Part shown: piece by piece, positions 1-7,935 of the stretch
How positions within the stretch are numbered: the first letter of the stretch is position 1
Layout of the letters: the number at the start of each line of letters is the position of its first letter
Assembly: GCA_900553845.1 (NCBI GenBank)
Contig: USEW01000001.1
Span: 1-45,349, forward strand
DNA: 45,349 bases
Direction: 5' to 3'
From: an uncultured bacterium
Lineage (GTDB): Bacteria; Cyanobacteriota; Vampirovibrionia; Gastranaerophilales; Gastranaerophilaceae
Program-made: the position numbers and the translations under genes
Notes under the pieces: model-generated
Databases searched by the model: none
What the model was told of the DNA's origin: nothing
Seen by the model: only the letters and a program-made list of their open reading frames with translations

Positions 1-142
1 TTATATTTGTTATATCCAAAACTTTTTTATGTTGTTCATATTTTTTGTACAAATTATTTAATTTATTAATAAATGCTTCATCCACTTTTGAGGCATTTGT
101 TGAAAGTATAATAAAATTTTTATGTATTTTATAACTTATCAT
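1..142 (-). CDS. hypothetical protein, N-terminal fragment (gene runs off the left edge)
   Basis: Open frame from ATG (complement of 140-142) to the window edge, reading MISYKIHKNFIILSTNASKVDEAF... An AGGGA SD-like motif lies ~11 nt upstream. No family recognised. Confidence 0.3.
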   Translation of the reverse strand, partial: MISYKIHKNFIILSTNASKVDEAFINKLNNLYKKYEQHKKVLDITNI

Positions 143-278
143 ATTTTATTTATCCCTAATATAGTTTTATTATTATACATTTTTTAAAGGATGTTAACTA
201 TACTAAAGTTTGGTTTTTGTCTAATTATTGTTTTATTCTTAACTATTCATAAAATTGTTTTTATACTAAAATAACAAT

Positions 279-1253
279 ATGAATATTACATATAAAAGCA
301 CAGGCGTTGATTTTGAATGTGACAAGCAAATAAGCAGTCATTTAAAAAAACTTGTTGATGTTGATACAATAAACAGTTTTGCGTCGTCATTTTATGTTGA
401 AAGTAACAATGAAAAACGAATTGGTCTTGCTGCAACATGTGATGGGGTTGGTACAAAAATTATACCGCTTTTACAGTACAAAATGTTTAACACCATTGCA
501 AATGATCTTGTTGCTATGAATTTTAATGATTTGGCTACAAAGGGAGCTTACCCTTTGTTTTTTCTTGATTATATTGCTAACAATAATATAAGTATTGATA
601 ATTTAAAAATCTTTTTAAGCGAATTAAGTGATATTTTAAGAAAATATAATTGTAGACTTATAGGAGGCGAGACATCCCAGGTGAAGGATTTAATAAAAGA
701 AAACATATTTGATGTCTGCGGTTTTGTTGTCGGAAAATCAATTATTGAAAAAAATAGACAAGGAAAACTTAAACTCGGCGATGTTATTGTTGCTTTAAAG
801 TCAAATGGGATACATAGCAATGGATTTACTTTAATCCGTAAGCTCTATGAAACAAAACAATTATCCCAAAGTCAATTTATTGAAACATTAAAACCTACTT
901 ATATTTATTTGAATGAAATTCTTGAACTTTATAAACAGGGTTTAATTAAAGAAACAGCTAACATTACAGGAGGCGGTCTTGAAGGAAATATAAAACGTAT
1001 AATTCCTGAAAATTTAAAAGCGTGTGTTTTTAAAAACATTGTTCTTGAAACAGCCAGCAATATATTTAAAGAACTTATGAGTATAATTGGTGAAAAAGAA
1101 GCCTTTAATATATTCAATATGGGAATAGGAATGGTTCTTATTATTGAGTCTGGGGATTTTAACAAAGTAAAAAATATATGCTCAAAATACGAACCTTTTA
1201 TTATCGGAGAAATTGTTGAAGATGACAAAAATTGCAATTTTTGCTTCTTATAA
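279..1253 (+). CDS. purM: phosphoribosylformylglycinamidine cyclo-ligase (AIR synthetase)
   Basis: 324-aa ORF with a PurM-type CDGVGTK motif and IGGETS segment. It is followed by purN in operon-like overlap. Confidence 0.9.
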   Translation: MNITYKSTGVDFECDKQISSHLKKLVDVDTINSFASSFYVESNNEKRIGLAATCDGVGTKIIPLLQYKMFNTIANDLVAMNFNDLATKGAYPLFFLDYIANNNISIDNLKIFLSELSDILRKYNCRLIGGETSQVKDLIKENIFDVCGFVVGKSIIEKNRQGKLKLGDVIVALKSNGIHSNGFTLIRKLYETKQLSQSQFIETLKPTYIYLNEILELYKQGLIKETANITGGGLEGNIKRIIPENLKACVFKNIVLETASNIFKELMSIIGEKEAFNIFNMGIGMVLIIESGDFNKVKNICSKYEPFIIGEIVEDDKNCNFCFL

Positions 1254-1776
1254 CGGTTCAAATTTTGAGGCAATAATAAGATATTTCCGTTGTTTAAAAA
1301 ATAAAAGGTTAAAAAAAAGTAGACTTGATTTTGTTTTAATTACAAACAATAAATATTCTTATGCAATCAAACGTGCAAAGAAATTAAAAATAAAACATTT
1401 TTTTGTTGAGCATGACAATTTATGCAATTTTCTAACTATAAACAAATACGACCTTTGTATTTTAGCAGGCTATATGAAAATAATAGACAAAAAAACATTA
1501 AAACTTTCAACATTCATAAATATCCATCCTTCCTTATTGCCTGAATACAAAGGAAAAGATGCCATAAAGAGGATATATAAAGATAAGAACGCTAATTACT
1601 CCGGTGTAAGTATTCATTATGTAAACGAACATATTGACGATGGGAAAATTATTGAACAAAAAAAAGTTGAGCTTAGTAAAAATACAAGTTATGCAGACTA
1701 TGAGAAGAAAATCCATAAAACAGAGCATTTATTATATCCTAGGATTGTTGAAAAAATTATATTGTCTTTGTGTTAA
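1222..1776 (+). CDS. purN: phosphoribosylglycinamide formyltransferase
   Basis: Reads MTKIAIFASYNGSNFEAII..., with INIHPSLLPEYKG and the HYV.E.IDDG motif typical of PurN. The ORF opens at 1213; ATG 1222 is the preferred start. It overlaps the purM 3' end. Confidence 0.85.
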   Translation: MTKIAIFASYNGSNFEAIIRYFRCLKNKRLKKSRLDFVLITNNKYSYAIKRAKKLKIKHFFVEHDNLCNFLTINKYDLCILAGYMKIIDKKTLKLSTFINIHPSLLPEYKGKDAIKRIYKDKNANYSGVSIHYVNEHIDDGKIIEQKKVELSKNTSYADYEKKIHKTEHLLYPRIVEKIILSLC

Positions 1777-1811
1777 AATAAAATTTACGGGTATAGAAAA
1801 AAGTTAAAGAG

Positions 1812-3908
1812 ATGAAATCAAACTGGAAAATTATTGATAATAACACTTTTCAAAATATTGAAAAAGAATTTTTGAATATTGTAGGAAATGAAAAACTTGC
1901 ACGGATTTTAATAAATCGGAAAATTGATACATTAGAGAAACTAAATAATTTTTTAAACCCAAATGATTCATATGCATTTGACTACAATGTATTTGTAGAT
2001 ATGGAAAAGGTTTTATCAAGAATTGATAAAGCAATAAACAATAACGAAAATATTATAATATACGGTGATTTTGATTGCGATGGAGTAACATCAACAGCCG
2101 TTCTTTATAAAACGTTAAAAGAAATAGGGGCCAATGTTGACTACTATATTCCAAACAGAGTTGATGAAAGCCATGGACTTAACACAAAAGCACTTGTCAA
2201 AATTTTGTCAAAGAAAAAAGCAAAACTTATTATAACCTGCGACTGCGCAACATCAGATATTGAAGAAGCAAAATTTATAAAAAGTTTTAACTGTGATTTA
2301 ATAATAACCGACCATCATATAAGCAAAAAAGAACTTCCCTTTTCGTACGCAATATTAAATCCCAAAGCTCAAGGTTCTCTAAATGAAAATCTGAGCTTAA
2401 GTAGGATTGAAAGTTTAAACGAACTATCTGGTGTCGGTGTAGCTTTTAAACTCGCTTTAGCATTAATAAATAAATACAACAAGTCCAAAGAATTAATTGA
2501 AGATTTAATTGTTTTGGTCACAATTGGAACAATAGGGGATGTTGTACCAATATTAAATGAAAACAGGTATTTTGTACAATCGGGTCTAAATTTAATAAAC
2601 AAAGCTAATAAAGGTATACAAAGACTTATTGACACACATCCATATGCCTCGACAAATAAGAATATAACAAGTGATTTTGTGGCTTTTCAAATAGTTCCTA
2701 AAATCAATGCAGAAGGTAGACTAACATCAATAAATGAAGCTTTTACACTTCTTACCTCAAAGGATGAAGATGAAATAAACTATGCGATAATGACATTGAC
2801 AACACTAAACGAACAACGTCAGAGTCTTTGCAATGAAGTTTTTATTGAAGCAAAAGAGATGATTAAAAATGAAAACTTAGATAAAAATGATGCTATAATT
2901 TTGTATAATCCAAACTGGCATCCCGGCATTGTTGGGATTGTAGCTTCAAAACTTGTGGAGAGATACAACCGTCCTGCTATTTTATTTACATATGACAAAA
3001 TAAAAAAACTTTACCGCGCCTCTGGAAGAAGTGTTGAGGAAGTGGATATTCATGAACTTATCAAAACTCAAAGTGAATTTCTTGAATTTTATGGCGGACA
3101 TAAAGGCGCAATTGGGTGTGCGTTTTCAAATAAAGTAATTACATTTGATGATTTAAAAGCAAATTTAAATAAAGCTTTAAACGAAATGACAGAGGATATA
3201 ACTTACAATAAGTATGTTTATATTGACTCAAAGGTTGATTTTGAAGATTTAACTATTGATTTTGTTAATAAAATAAACCAGTTTGAGCCCTTTGGTGAAG
3301 GAATGAAACCTCCTTTATTTTTGCTTAAAGATGTAATAATTAAGGAAAAGAAGATTATAGGTGTAAATAATAACCATTTAAAATTTGTTATTTGTAACAA
3401 AAATAACACTAATAAAACTATCGAGTGTATGTTATGGAATAAAACAGATATTAATGCAAAAATAAATTCAGATATTGATATAATATTCGTACCTAAAATT
3501 TCACAGTTTAACGGTGAAACAAAAGTTCAGCTTGAAATTGTGGATGTTGATTGTAAAAATATATTAAATACTAGAAACAGCCAGGAAGATAAAAAATGTA
3601 CACTTAAAGATCTTATAAAAACCGCGTGTGGAATGATTGTTTATGCTTCCAGATATAAAAATGGAGAAATTGACTTAAATATTCTTTCGGAAAAATTATC
3701 GGTAAGTATTAATTTTATTGTTATATTTCTTAAAATATTAAATGATATAAGAATGATAGATATAAAAAAACGCAGCAACAGCATAATAAAATACGAATTT
3801 CTTGGTGCAAAAGGAATGCAAGCAATAATAAATAATAACAAATTTGAAAACTTAAATAACGAATTTCAAAAAATCAATGCGGATAAGGAACTTGAGTTAA
3901 GTATGTAA
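1812..3908 (+). CDS. recJ: single-stranded-DNA-specific exonuclease RecJ
   Basis: 698 aa with DHH-family motifs (GDFDCDGVTS, ITCDCA, ITDHH) and a DHHA1-like GGHKGAIG. Confidence 0.9.
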   Translation: MKSNWKIIDNNTFQNIEKEFLNIVGNEKLARILINRKIDTLEKLNNFLNPNDSYAFDYNVFVDMEKVLSRIDKAINNNENIIIYGDFDCDGVTSTAVLYKTLKEIGANVDYYIPNRVDESHGLNTKALVKILSKKKAKLIITCDCATSDIEEAKFIKSFNCDLIITDHHISKKELPFSYAILNPKAQGSLNENLSLSRIESLNELSGVGVAFKLALALINKYNKSKELIEDLIVLVTIGTIGDVVPILNENRYFVQSGLNLINKANKGIQRLIDTHPYASTNKNITSDFVAFQIVPKINAEGRLTSINEAFTLLTSKDEDEINYAIMTLTTLNEQRQSLCNEVFIEAKEMIKNENLDKNDAIILYNPNWHPGIVGIVASKLVERYNRPAILFTYDKIKKLYRASGRSVEEVDIHELIKTQSEFLEFYGGHKGAIGCAFSNKVITFDDLKANLNKALNEMTEDITYNKYVYIDSKVDFEDLTIDFVNKINQFEPFGEGMKPPLFLLKDVIIKEKKIIGVNNNHLKFVICNKNNTNKTIECMLWNKTDINAKINSDIDIIFVPKISQFNGETKVQLEIVDVDCKNILNTRNSQEDKKCTLKDLIKTACGMIVYASRYKNGEIDLNILSEKLSVSINFIVIFLKILNDIRMIDIKKRSNSIIKYEFLGAKGMQAIINNNKFENLNNEFQKINADKELELSM

Positions 3909-4004
3909 ATTTTTGTAAAAAAAATGTTCAAAACTAGCAAAAAATATTATTATGATTTTTAAATATATGATACTAAAATTTTCTACTTAAAGGAGGGAAT
4001 AATA

Positions 4005-4406
4005 ATGTCAATGGAACGAATTAATGGAGCTATGTCATACCAATGTCAGGTGCCTCAGTATAATGCTGTAAAAATAGATATCCATCAACCAAAAGTACAG
4101 GCTCCTGGAAACAATGACTGCAGGGACTCTCGCTGTCATGAACATGAACGCGGATATAGACAAGAGCATCCACATGGTTCAAAAGGTAATATTTATGGTC
4201 AAAAAGGCAACGGCAGTGTTTCAATGCCACGTCCTTCAAATGTTGTTGTTTCGAAAAAAGAAAAACCTGCAAAAGAACCGGTTATTGAAGAAATAAATGA
4301 AACACTTGTTGAGGAACAAAGTCCTGTAAACGAAGAGTTATCTCAAGTTACAACAGTCGAACCGGTTGTTGAAGAACCAATAGAAAAAACAGAAGCAGAA
4401 GTTTAA
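4005..4406 (+). CDS. hypothetical small protein: His/Arg/Gly-rich N-terminal half, acidic P/V/E-rich C-terminal half
   Basis: A strong SD (AAGGAGGG) lies 8 nt upstream of the ATG. 133 aa, no recognisable domain, low-complexity tail (EPVIEE, EPVVEEPIEK). Confidence 0.55.
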   Translation: MSMERINGAMSYQCQVPQYNAVKIDIHQPKVQAPGNNDCRDSRCHEHERGYRQEHPHGSKGNIYGQKGNGSVSMPRPSNVVVSKKEKPAKEPVIEEINETLVEEQSPVNEELSQVTTVEPVVEEPIEKTEAEV

Positions 4407-4446
4407 ATTTGAAATTGACTTTAAAAAACATTTTAATTTTCATTTT

Positions 4447-4487
4447 AAAAAAGGGGATTGAATAATTTATTCAATCCCCTTTTTTTT
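4447..4487. terminator. bidirectional rho-independent terminator between the convergent hypothetical gene and pilT
   Basis: Perfect 13-bp stem AGGGGATTGAATA/TATTCAATCCCCT (4452-4480), flanked by an A-run upstream and a T-run downstream. Confidence 0.85.
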
Positions 4488-5565
4488 ATCTTGTTGCCTT
4501 GCCGGTTAGCCGCATAAATTCTTCCTGACGGCTAGTTTTTGACAAAGCGTCTTCAAAAGTAATTAATTTTTGTTTATATAATGATTGTAAGGCAGTTTCA
4601 AGAGTTTGCATGCCACTTGCCGTTGAAGTTTGAAGTATTGAATAAATCTGAGCGGTTTTACCCTCGCGGATTAAGTTTGCAATAGCGGTGTTATTAAGCA
4701 AAATTTCTTGAGCCATTACCCTGCCTTTTTTTGTTACACCATCTTCAAGCAATTTAGGTAATAAAGTTTGTGATAAAACAGCAACCAGACTTGAGGCAAG
4801 CTGAATTCTTATTTGTGTTTGTTGACCTTCTGGGTATACATCAACAATACGGTCAACTGTTGAGGCAGCATTTGAAGTATGCAAAGTACCAAATACCAAA
4901 TGGCCTGTTTCAGCAGCTGTTAAGGCAAGTGAAATTGTTTCTAAATCACGCATTTCCCCAAGAAGTATAATATCTGGGTCTTCACGTAAAGCAGATTTTA
5001 AAGCGTTAGCAAAACTTCTTGTATCTTGTCCAAGTTCGCGTTGATGGACGATACCTTTTTTTGAAGTATGTATAAACTCAATTGGGTCTTCAACAGTTAA
5101 AATATGATCTGCACGTGTTGCATTTATATAATCAATCATAGCAGCCAGAGTAGTAGTTTTACCACTGCCCGTAGGTCCTGTAACCAGAATAAGTCCACGC
5201 GGTTTTTCACAAATTTTCTTTACAATTTCTTTTAAACCCAAATCTTCAAATGAAGGTGGAGTTGTGTTTATGCTTCTAAAGGCTGCTGCATATGTTCCGC
5301 ACTGTTTGTATATATTAAGACGAAATCTACCGGTATTTTTTACGGTATAACTCATATCAAGCTCCCAGGTCTGTTCCAATTGACGTCTTTGTTCGTTTGA
5401 TAATATAGGAAGCAGCAATTCTTCAATACTTTGCCGGGTTAGTACAGGTAAGTCCGTCCTGACAAGTTTGCCATCAATGCGCACTACAGGTGGCATATTC
5501 ACTGACAAATGTACATCACTCGCTCTCATATTTATTGAATTTGTAAGCAATTCATCAATATACAT
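4486..5565 (-). CDS. pilT: type IV pilus twitching-motility ATPase PilT
   Basis: 359 aa with Walker A GPTGSGKTTT, LGEMRD (Asp box), and the PilT/PilU-type His box and C-terminus. Confidence 0.85.
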   Translation of the reverse strand: MYIDELLTNSINMRASDVHLSVNMPPVVRIDGKLVRTDLPVLTRQSIEELLLPILSNEQRRQLEQTWELDMSYTVKNTGRFRLNIYKQCGTYAAAFRSINTTPPSFEDLGLKEIVKKICEKPRGLILVTGPTGSGKTTTLAAMIDYINATRADHILTVEDPIEFIHTSKKGIVHQRELGQDTRSFANALKSALREDPDIILLGEMRDLETISLALTAAETGHLVFGTLHTSNAASTVDRIVDVYPEGQQTQIRIQLASSLVAVLSQTLLPKLLEDGVTKKGRVMAQEILLNNTAIANLIREGKTAQIYSILQTSTASGMQTLETALQSLYKQKLITFEDALSKTSRQEEFMRLTGKATR

Positions 5566-5683
5566 TTTTTTATTTATCTCCTGATATTATATATTATTGC
5601 ATTATTTGAATAAAATTTCAACAGATATTTATTATTTCTGTTATAATAGAAACGTAATAAAAACATTTAAAATAAGAAAGATA

Positions 5684-5814
5684 TAACTAGAGTCTGGCAA
5701 TATATGAAATAAACTAGTACAATGATTGGACTTGGTTTTAATAGAGTGGGGGAATATATGAAAGAAACCAGGATAATGATTGGACTTGGTTTAATAGAGC
5801 GAGGGAATATATGA
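5684..5814 (+). repeat. 53/54-bp leader-unit repeats: one partial, one degenerate, one intact. The last mini-ORF (5758-5814) overlaps the kdsA ATG by ATGA.
   Basis: ATGs at 5704, 5758 and 5811 (spacing 54 and 53). Unit 2 reads MKETRIMIGLGLIERGNI*. Same family as 7388-7690 and 11340-11410. Confidence 0.8.
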
Positions 5815-6632
5815 AAAAAGTAAAATTGAATGATTTTGAAATAGGCGGTGATAGACTAACAATAATGGCTGGACCTTGTGTCATAGAAAGTGAAGATATT
5901 GTATTTAAAACGTGTGAATTTTTAAAAGAGCTATGCTCTAGTCTTGATATAAACTTTATTTTTAAATCTTCGTATGATAAAGCAAATAGAAGTTCGATAA
6001 ATTCATATCGCGGGCCGGGTATTGATAAAGGACTTGAAATTTTAAGTAAGGTTAAAAAAGAATATGATGTTTCTGTAGTAACGGATGTACATATGCCATC
6101 TGAGGCTTTTATTGCGAAAGAAGTGGCAGATGTGATTCAGATCCCGGCTTTTTTGTCGCGTCAAACTGATTTGCTTGTGGCGTGTGCTAAAACCGGGCGT
6201 GTTGTTAATATAAAAAAAGGTCAGTTTTTATCACCATATCAGATGAAAGAAACAGCAAAGAAAGTATCTGATTCAGGAAACGACCGTATTTTAATAACAG
6301 ACAGAGGTGTTTCGTTTGGTTATAATAACCTTGTAGTTGATTTTCGTTCAGTGCCAATAATACAGGAAGATTTATGTTATCCGCTTATTTTTGATGCAAC
6401 ACACAGCGTACAGCTTCCTGGTGCAAATGGTAAAGATTCTGGTGGTGAAAGAAGATTTGTGCCGACTCTTGCTAAAGCGGCTGTTGCAGCCCAAGCTAAA
6501 GGGCTTTTCTTTGAAGTTCATCCAAATCCAGACTGTGCATTATGCGATGGGGCAAATATGATTGATTTCAAAACTGCCTCTGAGTTGTTTAAAGTAGTGA
6601 ATGATATTTATAAACTTGTTAATAAGAAATAA
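5811..6632 (+). CDS. kdsA: 3-deoxy-8-phosphooctulonate (KDO8P) synthase
   Basis: 273 aa carrying IFKSSYDKANRSS, QIPAFLSRQTDL and DATHSVQLPG, which are typical KdsA signatures. Confidence 0.9.
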   Translation: MKKVKLNDFEIGGDRLTIMAGPCVIESEDIVFKTCEFLKELCSSLDINFIFKSSYDKANRSSINSYRGPGIDKGLEILSKVKKEYDVSVVTDVHMPSEAFIAKEVADVIQIPAFLSRQTDLLVACAKTGRVVNIKKGQFLSPYQMKETAKKVSDSGNDRILITDRGVSFGYNNLVVDFRSVPIIQEDLCYPLIFDATHSVQLPGANGKDSGGERRFVPTLAKAAVAAQAKGLFFEVHPNPDCALCDGANMIDFKTASELFKVVNDIYKLVNKK

Positions 6633-6643
6633 AAATAAAATGA

Positions 6644-7393
6644 TTATAAACTATAAAAAACAATTGAAGCTGCAACAGAGAGGTTTAAAGATTCAACTTT
6701 ATTTTTCATTTTTATAGTAAAAAATTCATCTGCAGCCGTAGAAAGTTCATTACTTAATCCAGTGGCTTCGGAACCAAACATTATTATTTTTTTGTCTTTG
6801 AACTTTATTGTTTCCAAGCCAACATTTGTATCTACTTTTGTTGCATAAAACTTGTGTTCGGAAAATATTTCTTTGAGTGTTGGCAGGTCATTAATTTTTA
6901 CAATTGGTATCTTTAAAAAATTTCCTACTGAAGAACGGATAACTTTTGGGTTATAAATATCGATTGTATCCCCATATAAAATAATTCCTTCCACACCAAA
7001 TGCGTTTGCACTTCTTAATATTGTACCAAGGTTGCCAGGGTCTTTTATATTTTCAAAAAGAGCTATTGTTTTTTTGTTTTTTAAATCATTTATATTATAA
7101 TCAACTGTGTTAAAAACAGCAACACTTTTTGAAAAAGAATCTGTAGTTGAGATTTTTTTTAAGATATTTTCATTCACAATTATGAGTTTGGAATTTTCAA
7201 CAAAATCAAATTCTGGCACTTTTGAAGAATGTATAAAGACATTGTCAGCTTTTAAGCCAAAGGAATATGCATCATAAATAGCTTTAAACCCTTCTACAAC
7301 AAACTTTTTATGATTTTCACGGTATTTTTTACTGTTTACTAATTTAACAACATGTTTAATTTTTTCATTATCTTTGCTATTTATCTCTTTCAT
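6644..7393 (-). CDS. TrmH/SpoU-family RNA 2'-O-methyltransferase (RlmB-like)
   Basis: 249 aa with the SpoU motifs NPGNLGTILRSA, FGSE..GLS and SLNLSVAASI. Confidence 0.8.
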   Translation of the reverse strand: MKEINSKDNEKIKHVVKLVNSKKYRENHKKFVVEGFKAIYDAYSFGLKADNVFIHSSKVPEFDFVENSKLIIVNENILKKISTTDSFSKSVAVFNTVDYNINDLKNKKTIALFENIKDPGNLGTILRSANAFGVEGIILYGDTIDIYNPKVIRSSVGNFLKIPIVKINDLPTLKEIFSEHKFYATKVDTNVGLETIKFKDKKIIMFGSEATGLSNELSTAADEFFTIKMKNKVESLNLSVAASIVFYSL

Positions 7394-7690
7394 AAATTCC
7401 CCTGTTCTATTATACCAAGTCCAATTCTTGTTTTACATTATTTCATAAATTCTCCAGATCAATTAATTCAAGTTCAATCAAAGTGTAGGTTTCTTTCATA
7501 AATTCCCCAGCTCTATTAATTCAAGTCCAATCAAAGTGTAGGTTTCTTTCATAAATTCCCCAGCTCTGTTAATTCAAGTCCAATCAAAGTGTAGGTTTCT
7601 TTCATAAATTCCCCTGTTCTATTATACCAAGTCCAATCAATGTGTAGGTCTTTCATAAATTCCCCAGCTTTTGTATTAAAGTCCAATCGG
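7388..7690 (-). repeat. tandem array of ~53-bp leader units directly upstream of, and in phase with, the TrmH-family start codon
   Basis: Minus-strand ATGs at 7656, 7605, 7552, 7499, 7446 and 7393 (spacing 51, 53, 53, 53, 53). Each is preceded by GGGGAATTT. The mini-ORFs read MKETYTLIGLEL(T/I)ELGNL*. Confidence 0.9.
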
Positions 7691-7935
7691 TGGTTTACGC
7701 TTCCCGCTCCTGTGGAGTTTTCTTCGAAAACACCTCTGTTCGCTGGTACCAAATTATTTGGCTTGTCACAATCCTTGCATCACGTTACAGGCTTCGCCTT
7801 TCACTTCGACGGATTGTTCCAAGTTACGGGCTCGCTCGCATTCGCTCGACTGTGCCCTACCAAAAATTTGACTCTGCACTTTTGCGCCTGCTGAGCCGCA
7901 GCCGCTCAAGTGCTGCGCTTTGGCTTACGCTTCTT
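7681..7935 (-). repeat. GC-rich module of the leader-element family (candidate structured RNA or 5' leader)
   Basis: A ~250-bp GC-rich block in AT-rich DNA. It shares segments with 10951-11290 in the opposite orientation (GAAAACTCCACAGGAGCGG.AAGCGTAAACCACCGATTGGAC; CGAAGTGAAAGGC.AA.CCTGTAACG; GAGTCAAATTTT). Confidence 0.7.

Noticed and set aside
7388-7690. Could the regularly spaced repeats be a CRISPR array?
   Set aside because: The units are contiguous (period 53 nt) with no unique spacers, no cas genes are nearby, and each unit carries an SD plus an ATG-initiated mini-ORF. This is not CRISPR architecture.
7780-7900. 16S rRNA-like words in the GC-rich module (GGCTCAG ... AGTCGAGCGAATG on the minus strand)
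   Set aside because: Only two short words match, and the spacing and intervening sequence do not match the 16S 5' region. I treat it as coincidence.
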